From assembly GCA_016840465.1 (NCBI GenBank), contig JAEOSH010000006.1, positions 2,886-66,885 on the forward strand: a stretch of 64,000 nt of DNA, written 5' to 3'. Shown here one piece after another: positions 1 to 10,595 of the stretch (position 1 is its first letter; each line of letters begins with the position of its first letter). Position numbers and translations under genes: made by a program. The notes under the pieces were generated by a model, which was given only the letters and a program-made list of their open reading frames with translations, searched no databases and was not told the DNA's origin. The DNA comes from Candidatus Baldrarchaeum yapensis (lineage in GTDB: Archaea > Asgardarchaeota > Baldrarchaeia > Baldrarchaeales > Baldrarchaeaceae).

Positions 1-57
1 AACAGAGATTTGCCAGATCCTGCAAATTAACTTTTTAAACCTAAACCTATTTTTCTT

Positions 58-732
58 ATGATCAAATTAGTCGAGGAGATGAGAGTGCTACCAGCAGGCT
101 TTATAGTAAAAGTTATCGCAATAACGTCTTCGGGTGCGCTTTCTCCTGGCCCATTGACTGCGTCAACAATAGGTGTTGGCACGAAGGACGGGTGGAAATC
201 CGGCTTCATGGTAAGCGTTGGTCACACAATTGTCGAATTTCCGCTCACGTTACTCATAGCATTAGGTTTGATTTCCTTCATGAATGTTCTCTATGTTAGG
301 ACTGTAGTAAGCCTTGCCGGCGGTGGTATTCTTCTCCTCCTGGCGTATCTTATGGGTAGGGACATTTTTGCGCCAGAGATATCGGAAAGCGGAAGTATGG
401 GGATAAAAATAGAATCGCCACTTGCGGTAGGGGTGCTTTTGTCCGCATTCAATCCACATTTCATAGTGTGGTGGATTTTCGTGGGAGGATCACTTGTGAT
501 AGAGGCATACACCTATACGGGCATGTATGGCGTTGTTCTGATGTACATATTTCATGTATGGATGGACTATGCCTTCCTCATGGCGGTGGCTCACGCCTCG
601 TTTAAAGGTAGGGAGATTCTCAAATCTAAAGGATACAAGGTGCTACTCGGAATAATAGTCGCTGTATTGGTGATATTCGGAGTAGATTTGATATTTTATG
701 GTCTAACAGGGTCACGAATCCTTCCGCTATGA
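58..732 (+). CDS. LysE/RhtB-type translocator-like membrane protein
   Basis: About 6 predicted TM helices in 224 aa. The N-terminal 'SPGPLTASTIGVGTKDGWKSGFMVSVGHTIVEF' resembles the conserved LysE-family N-terminal motif. The start may be an internal Met near position 79. Confidence 0.45.
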   Translation: MIKLVEEMRVLPAGFIVKVIAITSSGALSPGPLTASTIGVGTKDGWKSGFMVSVGHTIVEFPLTLLIALGLISFMNVLYVRTVVSLAGGGILLLLAYLMGRDIFAPEISESGSMGIKIESPLAVGVLLSAFNPHFIVWWIFVGGSLVIEAYTYTGMYGVVLMYIFHVWMDYAFLMAVAHASFKGREILKSKGYKVLLGIIVAVLVIFGVDLIFYGLTGSRILPL

Positions 733-2616
733 TCACATAAAATGTTTCACTGCGATCATACGAATGAGATCACCCGCCTCCTCAGCCATGTCCGCACTCA
801 TCTCCATAGATTCAACGAACTCCCACACCATCAAGTACTCTGATATTTTCATAACGTCGCTCAGGATTCTCATTTTCCTCAAAAGAGAATGATGGAGGTC
901 GTCAAGGTTCCGCTCAGTTTCTTCGATATCTTTCACAATATCAAGGGTGACCTCTGGGTTTTCCCTTAGCGCTATAAAGGCATCTCTGACGAGCCTGCAT
1001 ATCCTCCTCACGCCACTGGCGAAACTTACGAAATCCTCCTTTATTTCGGGAGGTACAGCGTATGGATCTACAAGGGTAAGTCTTCTGCTTCCCCCTATCA
1101 GGTATCCGGCAATTCTATCTACAACATCGGTTAGATTAACGAAGTCGCCGCGGTCTGGTGGCTCCAAAACGCTCTCAGACAGCCTTCTCATGATTTCTCT
1201 CTTTATCATATCGGCAGTTTCCTCCATTTTCTTTGCGGAGGCAATTTCTTCAATCATAGAATGCATATCGCATTGGGCAAAGAACGTAACCGCGGACTCC
1301 ACTTTCTCAGCGACCTTCTCCACTGTGAGGATGTGATTCACCGATAGGGAAAAGGTTGGCCACCCAGGCCTCGTCTCTTTAACTCTCAATGAGAAGGCAA
1401 TCATTCCCACAATTAAAGATACGGATATCAGTAAAAGGCTCGCCCTAAATCCAGCGGGGTCGTAAATTCCCCAGAAATCTATCAGGAATCCGAGTATTAA
1501 TGGTCCCAATAACCATCCCATATCTCTAAATGACCTATATAGGCCGAGAGCTGCACCCCGGTAGTGAGGTGCAGCGACATCCATCGAAATTACGGGCAAC
1601 ACAGGGTAATAGAGCCCCATTCCTAGTCCCGTACTCACAACTGCAATGAGAACAAACGGAAGGCTCGGTGGCGAGAATGCTACGGCTATTAGAGAAATGG
1701 CATTAATCAGAAGCCCTAACATACATGGGATCTTTCTACCAATCGCATCTGCAATCTTTCCACCAATGGGCATCATTAATGCCCATGCAAGTGTCAAACT
1801 CCCCGCTACGATCCCTATCTCAAAAAGTGATAGACCTAAGAAATTGTGAAGAAAAATAGGTAAGAATGCCCACATGAACCCGTCTCCGAACTTTGCAAGA
1901 TGTCCGATTGCATATACTGTCATCAACCTTCTATTTTTTAGTATTCTGGACGAGAATGAGGCGATCTGCGATCTTCTTGAGTGCCCTCCGAAGCCCCTCG
2001 TTTCCCTCATAGTGAGCGAGACAACAAGAAAAAATAGAGACGTTATCGCTGCGAAGTATAATGCAACTCTTATTGAGAACTGTTGCGAAATAAAGCCGGC
2101 AGATATGGCCCCTATTCCTAACCCTATATACACCGAGAACTCCATTTTCCCTATTGACTCTCCTTTTTCCTCCGTCCCAGCAATGTCTCCTAATGCGGTC
2201 ATTGCAGCCACAAGAGACATTCCAGCACCAGTTCCCAAAAGTATACTTCCGAATAAGAGCTGAAAATAGGATGTAGAAACCGCGATAACAAAAGATCCGA
2301 TCGCTGAAAGCAAACTTCCAATAACAAACACACTCTTTCTTCCCATAAAATCTGTTAAAATCCCACTAGGCAGTCCAATAATTGCTTCAAATGCTGCAAA
2401 TAGTGCTATTATAATCCCTATTTGGAGTCCTATGGATACGAATTCACTGGCGTATATTGAAAGTATCGCGCGCTGGACACCTATCGCTATTCCCAAGAGG
2501 AAAATGGCAAGGAATATCAGGGCGGATGTGACAGCGAGGGGTTTGTAGAACTTTTCTCTTGATCTATTAACATCATAAACAGACGTTTTATTGTCGTAAA
2601 CCACAAAAACCACCAT
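733..2616 (-). CDS. MFS transporter fused to a C-terminal DUF47/PhoU-like (Pit-accessory-type) cytoplasmic domain
   Basis: The N-terminal ~400 aa has ~12 hydrophobic helices and an MFS-like 'LTDFMGRKS' loop. The C-terminal ~210 aa is a charged helical domain resembling DUF47 (phosphate-transport-regulator-like). Confidence 0.55.
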   Translation of the reverse strand: MVVFVVYDNKTSVYDVNRSREKFYKPLAVTSALIFLAIFLLGIAIGVQRAILSIYASEFVSIGLQIGIIIALFAAFEAIIGLPSGILTDFMGRKSVFVIGSLLSAIGSFVIAVSTSYFQLLFGSILLGTGAGMSLVAAMTALGDIAGTEEKGESIGKMEFSVYIGLGIGAISAGFISQQFSIRVALYFAAITSLFFLVVSLTMRETRGFGGHSRRSQIASFSSRILKNRRLMTVYAIGHLAKFGDGFMWAFLPIFLHNFLGLSLFEIGIVAGSLTLAWALMMPIGGKIADAIGRKIPCMLGLLINAISLIAVAFSPPSLPFVLIAVVSTGLGMGLYYPVLPVISMDVAAPHYRGAALGLYRSFRDMGWLLGPLILGFLIDFWGIYDPAGFRASLLLISVSLIVGMIAFSLRVKETRPGWPTFSLSVNHILTVEKVAEKVESAVTFFAQCDMHSMIEEIASAKKMEETADMIKREIMRRLSESVLEPPDRGDFVNLTDVVDRIAGYLIGGSRRLTLVDPYAVPPEIKEDFVSFASGVRRICRLVRDAFIALRENPEVTLDIVKDIEETERNLDDLHHSLLRKMRILSDVMKISEYLMVWEFVESMEMSADMAEEAGDLIRMIAVKHFM

Positions 2617-2766
2617 GTTTTCATACGGTGTCTAATACTGTTTCTACATCTACAGACGTTAAGAAATACTCTTCGGCTATAAATGGATAATTAAATAGTC
2701 GCTCGGTTAGATGGTGTGAAATTATCTGTACCTTATACAAGGTTACTAGATACCTCTACATTTCCG

Positions 2767-3018
2767 TCATTGAGTGTAAAATGCCAAAAATCTTCCTATC
2801 CTCGTAGGCATGGGTCTAACAACCTCCATAACCCCAGAAACGGGATCATATCTTCGTGGAACCAAAAAGCCATATGGTATCTTTCTCACCTTAAATGCAC
2901 ATCCATTATCCTCGAGTTTTTGGTTTACCTCGGGAATAATGTTATGGAGAGCCTCGACGTTTTCTATTTGAGCATTTAAATTCATATCTGTCGAAAACCT
3001 TTGGAAATCATACGGCAA
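2767..3018 (-). CDS. hypothetical small protein (83 aa)
   Basis: ORF only. It lies tandem to the 3054-3245 ORF on the same strand, so the two could be one gene split by an error. Confidence 0.2.
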   Translation of the reverse strand: MPYDFQRFSTDMNLNAQIENVEALHNIIPEVNQKLEDNGCAFKVRKIPYGFLVPRRYDPVSGVMEVVRPMPTRIGRFLAFYTQ

Positions 3019-3053
3019 ATATGATTGAACGCAAGAGTCTCTCTTCCATAAAA

Positions 3054-3245
3054 CTAGCGTCTTGAACCTGAAATTACAACAAGAGTATCAGCTTGCAATA
3101 TTGACAATTCTACATGCTCTAACGACACTATGCCAGAAATCTCGGAACATTTACGCAGTACTGGTGGATGTAGCACTTCTGGATCCCACACTTTGAGTAT
3201 TCTTCGTATCTTCACCTCATCATCTGTTGAAAGAGGAAACTTCAT
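3054..3245 (-). CDS. hypothetical small protein (63 aa)
   Basis: ORF only, in an intergenic position between the MFS gene and a membrane-protein gene. Confidence 0.2.
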   Translation of the reverse strand: MKFPLSTDDEVKIRRILKVWDPEVLHPPVLRKCSEISGIVSLEHVELSILQADTLVVISGSRR

Positions 3246-3380
3246 TAAAAATCATTGTTCCATTTTTGGAATGCACCAATAAATTGTTTCTTTTAAGGGG
3301 TTACATACTTTCGATACTCTCTCAACTGTTTGTTAGTAATCGTTAAAAGCAACTTCCCAGTCACTTTGAGAGGGAGTACC

Positions 3381-4034
3381 ATGAATGCTGGTGATGAACG
3401 CAGCCTTTTGGTAATAAAAGTATCTCTGGCTGCGATCTTTGGAGCACTTGCCATACTTTTCACGAGAGTCTTTGTCCCGTTACCCTTCGGAAACCCCAAC
3501 TTGGGGTCAACACCCGTTACGCTGGCAGCCGTGTTCTGTCCATTGTCAGTGGGAATGTTAACTGGCATCATCAAGGGAATAGGCGCTTCCATATGGACCG
3601 GGCAGGCCTTTATAGAGATGCCCGCGGGCATAGGAGATGCGATGATGGCGGCGTTCATATACTCACTTAAAAGGTCACGCATTGTCAAGCAATCGAAGCT
3701 CCCTGATAATGTGAAACTCGCAATATGCGCAACTTTGGGACAGTTGAGCAGATACATATTCACGTCTGGTATGATAGCGCTTTACATCGGACTTGCGGCA
3801 TCCTACGGTTTCGATGAGGCGGCAAAGGAAAAATTTCTGCAAATAGCAGCAAAATACTCTGGCCTTATGGGAATGACTCTACACCCCGTACTCCTAAACA
3901 TAGTAGTGGTTTGGCTGGCAATATTCGTGGCAGTGACGATATCAATAATCGTAAACGCAATAATTTCCTGTGCTATCATAGTGAGTGCGGGAAGATCAAT
4001 TAAAAGGATGCTATCCCAGTTCGGGATCGAGTAA
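3381..4034 (+). CDS. polytopic membrane protein, possibly an ECF-type substrate-capture (S) component
   Basis: Hydrophobic helices and a Gly-rich 'GIIKGIGASIWTGQAFIEMPAGIGDAMMAAF' segment. The internal Met at 3381 is preceded by a GAGAGGGAG RBS-like sequence (track ORF starts at 3330). It lies next to cobN. Confidence 0.4.
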   Translation: MNAGDERSLLVIKVSLAAIFGALAILFTRVFVPLPFGNPNLGSTPVTLAAVFCPLSVGMLTGIIKGIGASIWTGQAFIEMPAGIGDAMMAAFIYSLKRSRIVKQSKLPDNVKLAICATLGQLSRYIFTSGMIALYIGLAASYGFDEAAKEKFLQIAAKYSGLMGMTLHPVLLNIVVVWLAIFVAVTISIIVNAIISCAIIVSAGRSIKRMLSQFGIE

Positions 4035-4061
4035 GAACATATCCATGCTGAAGATAAAAAG

Positions 4062-7000
4062 TTAGGAAAACTTATCCTCTAATAATGCCTCAATTTCTTG
4101 GTATCTCTTCCTCAATTTCTCTATTGTTTCACTTGATGCTCTCCAATAACCCCTTGAATGAGCCTCTAATAATCTTCCGACTATCTTCTGAAACGCCCAC
4201 GGATTTTCCCTCTTTATCCTGTCGGAAACTTCTCGATCAAAGACTATTCTCTCGGCAACCTTATCCCACATCCAGTCCTGAACGCCACCTACCGTCGCTG
4301 CAAGTCCCAGTAGGTATTCCACCCTATCTGCAATCTTTGTTGACCCATTAAAGCCATGTTTGAGCATTTCATCTAGCCAACGCGGATTTAGAAGCCGCGT
4401 GGCTACGCCCCTCCTTATTGCCTCGTCGACATGCTCAACTTTCACTCTTTCTCTCGTACTATCCGCAACTAGAACTAGGGGTTTCTCACCTCTTACCTTC
4501 TCAACGCTCTTCGTCAATCCGCCTAAGAACTCATAATAGTGGTCGAGGTCGGTAATTTCGTAATCGATGCTGTCTCGAATCTGCGCAACTAGGTCCACTC
4601 TAGAGATAAGTTTATTGAAAACATCATTTGCGTCTTTCCCTCTGATGTATTCCCCGTACCCGAATCTCATACTTTCCATATATGCATTCACAAGATCCGC
4701 CTCGCTCCTCCAAGACCCGCTTTCAATGAGTGTGGTCAGCGTAGTTGCATATTCGCCCTCAGGTGGGCCGAATATCCTAATTATCGCATCCTCTCCCAAT
4801 TTCTTATCCTCGAGCGTGTGGGCCTTTACGTAATTTAACTCCGGAGGCTCATCCAAGCTTGCAACTAATTTGAACGCTCTATCAAGAAGTTCAACTATGT
4901 TGTAAAACGTGTCCCTGAAAATTCCACAAATGGTGACAAGAACGTCTATTCGAGGTCTTCCCAATTCCTCTAATGGTATTACTTCCAAGTCACGGATGTA
5001 TATCGACTTCCAGATAGGCCTCACTCCCAATAACCTGAAAATGGCGGCAACGGTCTCCCCTCCCGTCTTCATTGTCTCAAAGCCCCAAAGCACAACACTA
5101 ACAACCTTAGGATAACGGCCATACTTCTCATAATACCTCCTAATGTACTCCTCCGCAATTCGCGCACCGCGCTCCATTGCCACTTCCGTTGGTATATTCG
5201 TGGGGTCAAGCTGGAATACATTGCGCCCGGTTGGAAAGACCTCAGGCGATCGTATAGGATCCCCACCGGGTCCCGGAAGGATGTATTCTCCATTTAATGC
5301 GCGCAGTACGCCTTCAATTTCAGATGACTCTAATACTCTTTCCTTTACTGATTTGGCGTACTCCAATGATGTCCTCATCTCGTTTTTATCGACTCTTCCA
5401 AGTTTAAAACTCTTAATGAGATCGTTTAACGATCTCTGCTCAAAGACGTACATCTTGATAATGTTACGAACGACTTTTTCGATAGCATCCAAAATGTCAG
5501 AATATCTCCTTCCATCAGGTGTCATCAGAGAGGGCTTTTCAAGCAAATCATAGTAATTAAAGCCCATGGACTCAGCAATTATCCTATGGAGGCTCTTAAT
5601 GGTCCCTCTATCGTATCTTGCAACATAAGTCAGATAATCCAAGAGATCGTCCTCGGAAGGCGTCTCGCCAAGCACATGTAGTCCTTTCGGCACCAATGCT
5701 CTTTTATACTCGTAAATTCTGTCATGAATTTTGTCAATGCTATCTCCTAAACCGTATTTTCTTCCCACATCGATGATCTTTTTCGCAATCGTTGCAGCCT
5801 TCTCCTTATCGTATTGTAATGTGTCATGATATTGGTTAAGAAGCCTTTCCAGTTCCAAAATGAAATCATGAGAGCCACTCACCATAACTGGAGGACTACT
5901 ATGTCCTATAATGACCGCATAACTCCTATGCTTTGCAATGGCAGCCTCCGACGAATTGACGACATGGTAGATGTAAATGTTCGGTAGGTCCCCTAGTAGC
6001 AAATCCGGAAAACACTCTTCAGATAGCCCTGCATCCTTCCCCGGCAAAAACTCTAAGGTCCCATGAGTGCCGAAATGTACGACCGCATCTGCTCGAAACT
6101 CCTTCTCTAACCATTTATAAAACGCAATATACTGATGATGCGGCGGCAGATCTCGACTGTGGTATATTTTTGAGGGGTCCTCGTGTACACCTCTCGAAGG
6201 TTGTACTCCTATGAACACATTTCCTAAAATGATCCCCGGAATTATTATCGTGTCTTGGAACACCATTATCTTACCTGGAGGCTCTCCCCATGCCTCTAGA
6301 ACTCTTTTTCGTACATTCTCGGGCAATTCATTAAACCACTTTATGTATTTTTGCTTATCCACTTTAGGCAATCTTCGGAGCGCATCAGCTGTCTGGACCC
6401 ATTCTCCGGAATTTACTGCTCCGCTTCTCAACATCAACTCCTTTAATTCGTCTGCACTTGGAATCTTATCAATAAAGTACCCATGCTCTCTCATCGAAGA
6501 GAGCAGTTTGGATATGCTGGCAAACACGTCGAGATATGCAACCTTTCCGAGGTTTTCCTCGCCGGGCGGATAATTGAATATTATTATGGCAATTTTCTTA
6601 TCCTTGTTCGGCTTTCTCTTTAAGTGAACCCATTTTAGAACTCTTCGTGCCAATTTCCTAATTCTGTCCTCTATTGCTATGTACTCCTCAAGAACAACTC
6701 CCTCCTTCTTAAAATGAACGGGAGCATGTGTAACATGTGGTTCTATTCGCCCATCCAATTCGGGCAAAATTACCGACGTTACCATCTCTATTGGAGGAAC
6801 CCCTGCGCGGGACTCTTTCCATTTCTCTGCAGTTACCGATGATAAATGAATCCCGTGAAGAACGGGCACATTCAACTTTGTCAGCACATCAAATGTAAAT
6901 CTGTGATCCCCACCTACAGGGCCTCCCGCGAACCTGAACCAAAGCAGATCAACTAAAGCATCGATAACGGGTCTGCCATTTCTCAGAAAGTACTTCTCGA

Positions 7001-7826
7001 TCGCAAGATAATACCTCAGATCCTCACAAAAGACTGGTATTACTCCAAGTCCAAGGCGCTCAATCTCCTCGGCGAGGAGCTTAGCGGCGGGTAGAGATTG
7101 ATCATAGTGGTGCCCTCCATAAAACAATATCCCGACAAGAGGTCTATTCCCATGTCTGTACTGCTTGAGGTACTCTTCTGTTGAATCGTATATTTGGCCA
7201 GTGTGGAAGTCCTCTATCCCCATAGGCGGCATAACTTTTGGCTCCGGTATCTCAACATCTATCTTCACTTTGCCATACTCCTTTAACAATAACAGCAGCA
7301 TCGCAACGTAGTTTTCTTCTGAGGGATGCTCATGGCACTTCAATACAAATGCGAAGTTTCGAGCATGCCTAAAGATACCTATAGGAATCTTAGAACCTAA
7401 TTTCTCAAACCTCTCCCTCATTTTAACTATTTTGCCGTAATCTATCTCTCCTCTTCCGAATATTTTCCTGAGAATGGGCTTTTCTCGTAAAGACATAAAC
7501 CTGTCGAGAGAAAAACTTCCCATCCTAGTCAATCTTATCAGCTCAGGCGAGCCACCAACTAGAGTTATTATCGTTTTGTCTTTGGAATTTTTCAATGTTT
7601 CAACTAGCAATTTGCTGGTCCTATCTCCGCCTCTAACGTCAATTAACACTATATCGGCGGATAGCAACTCGTTGACCACCTTATCAGAAGAAAACGCCCC
7701 AGTCTCGATATCATATGCGTTGAAGAACGAAAAGTCCAGTTTTCCACCAGTTATTTTATTAACTTTTTTAACGGCTTCCAAAAGCGCGGGCCGAAACTGA
7801 TACCCTATCATCACAACCTTTACCAT
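4062..7826 (-). CDS. cobN: cobaltochelatase CobN / Mg-chelatase H-subunit family protein
   Basis: A single 1254-aa ORF, the size and architecture typical of CobN/ChlH. It is divergently paired with a ChlD-like AAA+/vWA gene. Confidence 0.85.
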   Translation of the reverse strand: MVKVVMIGYQFRPALLEAVKKVNKITGGKLDFSFFNAYDIETGAFSSDKVVNELLSADIVLIDVRGGDRTSKLLVETLKNSKDKTIITLVGGSPELIRLTRMGSFSLDRFMSLREKPILRKIFGRGEIDYGKIVKMRERFEKLGSKIPIGIFRHARNFAFVLKCHEHPSEENYVAMLLLLLKEYGKVKIDVEIPEPKVMPPMGIEDFHTGQIYDSTEEYLKQYRHGNRPLVGILFYGGHHYDQSLPAAKLLAEEIERLGLGVIPVFCEDLRYYLAIEKYFLRNGRPVIDALVDLLWFRFAGGPVGGDHRFTFDVLTKLNVPVLHGIHLSSVTAEKWKESRAGVPPIEMVTSVILPELDGRIEPHVTHAPVHFKKEGVVLEEYIAIEDRIRKLARRVLKWVHLKRKPNKDKKIAIIIFNYPPGEENLGKVAYLDVFASISKLLSSMREHGYFIDKIPSADELKELMLRSGAVNSGEWVQTADALRRLPKVDKQKYIKWFNELPENVRKRVLEAWGEPPGKIMVFQDTIIIPGIILGNVFIGVQPSRGVHEDPSKIYHSRDLPPHHQYIAFYKWLEKEFRADAVVHFGTHGTLEFLPGKDAGLSEECFPDLLLGDLPNIYIYHVVNSSEAAIAKHRSYAVIIGHSSPPVMVSGSHDFILELERLLNQYHDTLQYDKEKAATIAKKIIDVGRKYGLGDSIDKIHDRIYEYKRALVPKGLHVLGETPSEDDLLDYLTYVARYDRGTIKSLHRIIAESMGFNYYDLLEKPSLMTPDGRRYSDILDAIEKVVRNIIKMYVFEQRSLNDLIKSFKLGRVDKNEMRTSLEYAKSVKERVLESSEIEGVLRALNGEYILPGPGGDPIRSPEVFPTGRNVFQLDPTNIPTEVAMERGARIAEEYIRRYYEKYGRYPKVVSVVLWGFETMKTGGETVAAIFRLLGVRPIWKSIYIRDLEVIPLEELGRPRIDVLVTICGIFRDTFYNIVELLDRAFKLVASLDEPPELNYVKAHTLEDKKLGEDAIIRIFGPPEGEYATTLTTLIESGSWRSEADLVNAYMESMRFGYGEYIRGKDANDVFNKLISRVDLVAQIRDSIDYEITDLDHYYEFLGGLTKSVEKVRGEKPLVLVADSTRERVKVEHVDEAIRRGVATRLLNPRWLDEMLKHGFNGSTKIADRVEYLLGLAATVGGVQDWMWDKVAERIVFDREVSDRIKRENPWAFQKIVGRLLEAHSRGYWRASSETIEKLRKRYQEIEALLEDKFS

Positions 7827-7863
7827 TTAGCAACACCTGCCTGCTCTTACACCATCCGGTAAC

Positions 7864-7871
7864 ACTTATAT
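7864..7871 (+). promoter_or_regulatory. candidate TATA box for the ChlD-like gene, in the divergent cobN/chlD intergenic region
   Basis: 'TTATATAT' lies ~50 nt upstream of the ATG at 7920 in a 93-bp divergent intergenic region. Confidence 0.25.
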
Positions 7872-7919
7872 ATCACTTTTTATTACCCCGATGAGAGGAA
7901 AAAGATCACGGGAGCCGCG

Positions 7920-9920
7920 ATGCCCCACCACGTCAGGCGTTTCGTATTTCCGTTCACCGCGATAGTTGGACAGGAAAAGATGAAGAAAGCGCTCATTCTC
8001 AATGCAATAAACCCAAGAATAGGAGGAGTCCTGATAAGGGGTCAGAAAGGAACCGCAAAATCGACCGCTGTAAGAGCGCTTGCCGACCTCTTACCCGAAA
8101 TATATGTTGTTGAAGGATGTCCGTTCAACTGTAATCCGTTCGATCCCGCCGAGATGTGTGATATCTGCTACGAAAAGTATGAGCGGAGTGAGCAGCTACC
8201 CGCGGTGAAGAGAAAGGTAAGAATTGTGAACTTGCCATTAAATGCCACGGCGGACAGAGTTGTAGGATCACTGGATATAAAGAGAGCAATTAAAGAGGGA
8301 ATAAAGGCTTTAGAACCGGGGCTCCTCGCCGAAGCAAATCGAGGTATCCTTTATATTGATGAAGTAAATCTTCTAGACGACTACGTTGCAGATATACTCC
8401 TAGATGCCGCGGCAAGCGGGGTCAATGTCGTAGAGCGTGAAGGAATATCGGTCGCCCATCCGGCGAAGTTCATTCTCATCGGAACAATGAATCCCGAAGA
8501 GGGCGAACTCCGTCCACAACTCCTTGACAGATTCGGACTACAGGTAGAAGTAGAGGAAATAAGGGACCCCCGACTTAGAGTAGAAATCATAAGAAGGGTC
8601 GAAGAGTTCGAAAACGATCCTTTAAGCTTCCTGAAGAAGTATGAGCATAAACAGAGAGATCTGAGAGATAAAATAGAAAGAGCGCGCGAACTTCTGAAAA
8701 ATGTTGAGATAAGTGAAGATCTCCTCCTAGCAATCGCAGAAATCTGTATAAAACTCGAAGTTGCAAGCCACAGAGCCGAGATAACAGTTACAAGAACAGC
8801 AAAAACTATAGCTGCTTTCGATGGAAGGAAAAATGTGCGCGAGGAGGATATCATTGAAGCCTTGGAACTTGCTCTTCCTCACAGATTAAGAAAACGACCG
8901 TTTGAAAGACCGCAAATAAGGCAAGAGGATATAGAAAAGGTTTCTGAGGAAGTCTTTGGCTCTAAAAAGCTAAGATCAAGAAAGGATTTTGATAGCAACA
9001 ATGACGACCAGGATGAAAAGACTAAGAGAAATTCCAATAATGATCGAAATTTTATCGTATTTGACATTGGAAGTGAACCGACGATAATCCTCCCAGGCAA
9101 CACACCTCTGTGCTCGGGGCCCCGTGTCAGGCGTACAGGAAGAAGATTAAAAGCTAAGGGGAACGGCAAGCGAGGTGTATACGTGTCTTACACAATTCCA
9201 AGGAATGGGGATGTTGACGATATAGCAATAGATGCCACGATAAGAGCCGCCGCGCTAAAAAGTCCCGAAAGGCGCAAATATCGTAATGACGTTGCTGTAA
9301 TCATCGAGGATGAGGACATAAGAGAGAAAATCAGACGGCAAAAACTTCGTTCGCTGATACTTTTAGTCGTAGACGCAAGTGGGTCCATGGCTGCTCTTCG
9401 GAGGATGGAGGCAGCAAAGGGTGCGGCAATGGCAATACTGAGAGATGCATATATCCATAGGGACAAGGTTTGCTTCATAGAATTCCACGGAACCGACGCA
9501 CAAGTGCTCTTACCGCCAACAGACAACCTAGAACTGGCCGCTGAAATTCTAAAGGAGTTACCAACTGGCGGAAAAACTCCCCTTTCCGCTGGGATTGCGA
9601 AGGCGATAGAGGTCATAGAATTGGAGAGCAGAAAGTACGATCTGAGGCCCATAGTAATCATAATAACCGATGGCAAGGCAAATGTCCCATTAGGCATTGG
9701 CAGTAGCATCAAGTGGGAAATAATGACCCTTTCCAGACGATTAAAAGAATTAGGGGCTATCACTGTAGTTGTTGATACCTCACCTCCTCAAATGGACATC
9801 ATGGGGATTCCCAGATACATCAACGAAATTGTGGAAGCAGCATCGGCAAAACTCGTAAAACTTCCCGAACCTTCCGAATCCGCATTATATCAACTCATAA
9901 CCGGAATATCGCGAATGTAG
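7920..9920 (+). CDS. chelatase ChlD/BchD-like subunit (AAA+ ATPase, charged linker, C-terminal vWA domain)
   Basis: N-terminal AAA+ with 'GQKGTAKST' P-loop and '[10 protein letters not shown]' Walker B. An acidic/charged linker '[16 protein letters not shown]' follows. The C-terminal vWA has the MIDAS motif 'LVVDASGSM'. Confidence 0.85.
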   Translation: MPHHVRRFVFPFTAIVGQEKMKKALILNAINPRIGGVLIRGQKGTAKSTAVRALADLLPEIYVVEGCPFNCNPFDPAEMCDICYEKYERSEQLPAVKRKVRIVNLPLNATADRVVGSLDIKRAIKEGIKALEPGLLAEANRGILYIDEVNLLDDYVADILLDAAASGVNVVEREGISVAHPAKFILIGTMNPEEGELRPQLLDRFGLQVEVEEIRDPRLRVEIIRRVEEFENDPLSFLKKYEHKQRDLRDKIERARELLKNVEISEDLLLAIAEICIKLEVASHRAEITVTRTAKTIAAFDGRKNVREEDIIEALELALPHRLRKRPFERPQIRQEDIEKVSEEVFGSKKLRSRKDFDSNNDDQDEKTKRNSNNDRNFIVFDIGSEPTIILPGNTPLCSGPRVRRTGRRLKAKGNGKRGVYVSYTIPRNGDVDDIAIDATIRAAALKSPERRKYRNDVAVIIEDEDIREKIRRQKLRSLILLVVDASGSMAALRRMEAAKGAAMAILRDAYIHRDKVCFIEFHGTDAQVLLPPTDNLELAAEILKELPTGGKTPLSAGIAKAIEVIELESRKYDLRPIVIIITDGKANVPLGIGSSIKWEIMTLSRRLKELGAITVVVDTSPPQMDIMGIPRYINEIVEAASAKLVKLPEPSESALYQLITGISRM

Positions 9921-9930
9921 CACAAAGAAT

Positions 9931-10452
9931 TTATGAACGGTTCTTTGATGGTCTTTGTCCATATCGTTCGTAATGCACAACACTTTCCAGAGGCTTTCTG
10001 TGAGGAGCCTTTGGCCTTTCGTCCGGATATCCGAGCGGGATAACTGTAAGCAGATGTAAATCTTTAGGGATCCCCAAAATTTCTTTTGCTCGCTCCCTGT
10101 CCATTGTCCCAATCCAGCAAGTTCCTAGCCCCAGTGCGTGAGCCGCCAGAAGCAAGTTTTGAACAGCACATGCTCCATCAACCATGTGAAACGCGGGCGA
10201 TTTCCTAGGGTCAGTAACTACTGCTATTACGACTGGCGCCTCAGCAATAAACCACCCAAACGGTGCCAGCTCGGCGAGTTTTCTCTTAGTGTCTTCATTT
10301 CTTATAATTATAAACTCCCATGGCTGGCGGTTCTTGCTGCTTGGCGCCCATATCGCCGCCTCGATAACTTTAAGCACTAGATCATCGCTTATTGGTTCCT
10401 TCTTGTACTTTCTTATAGATCTTCGCTCCTTAATAGCTTCAAAGACGTCCAT
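9931..10452 (-). CDS. nitroreductase-family NAD(P)H:FMN oxidoreductase
   Basis: 'IKERRSIRKY', 'PSSKNRQPWEF' and 'GACAVQNLLLAAHALGLGTCWI' are classic nitroreductase motifs. Confidence 0.8.
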   Translation of the reverse strand: MDVFEAIKERRSIRKYKKEPISDDLVLKVIEAAIWAPSSKNRQPWEFIIIRNEDTKRKLAELAPFGWFIAEAPVVIAVVTDPRKSPAFHMVDGACAVQNLLLAAHALGLGTCWIGTMDRERAKEILGIPKDLHLLTVIPLGYPDERPKAPHRKPLESVVHYERYGQRPSKNRS

Positions 10453-10595
10453 GCTTCAAACCTCCTTTATGCTCTTTACATGGTAGGGCCAAGTGAAAAA
10501 TCGCCCTTGACACGTGAAAAACCTCTCTAAAACGCTAACGCTTCTGGCATCAGGTATTAAGCAGCATACTACTTCATATAAGGGCGAACACATGA

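Noticed and set aside
3293-3763. 156-aa minus-strand ORF overlapping the membrane-protein gene.
   Set aside because: The overlapping plus-strand ORF has coherent TM-helix periodicity and an RBS. The minus-strand ORF has no features, so it was judged spurious.
4085-7800. Several 70-130-aa ORFs on the plus strand inside the cobN locus, and similar antisense ORFs inside rad50, chlD and other large genes.
   Set aside because: They lie entirely within long, motif-supported genes on the opposite strand. They have odd composition and no motifs, so they are spurious.
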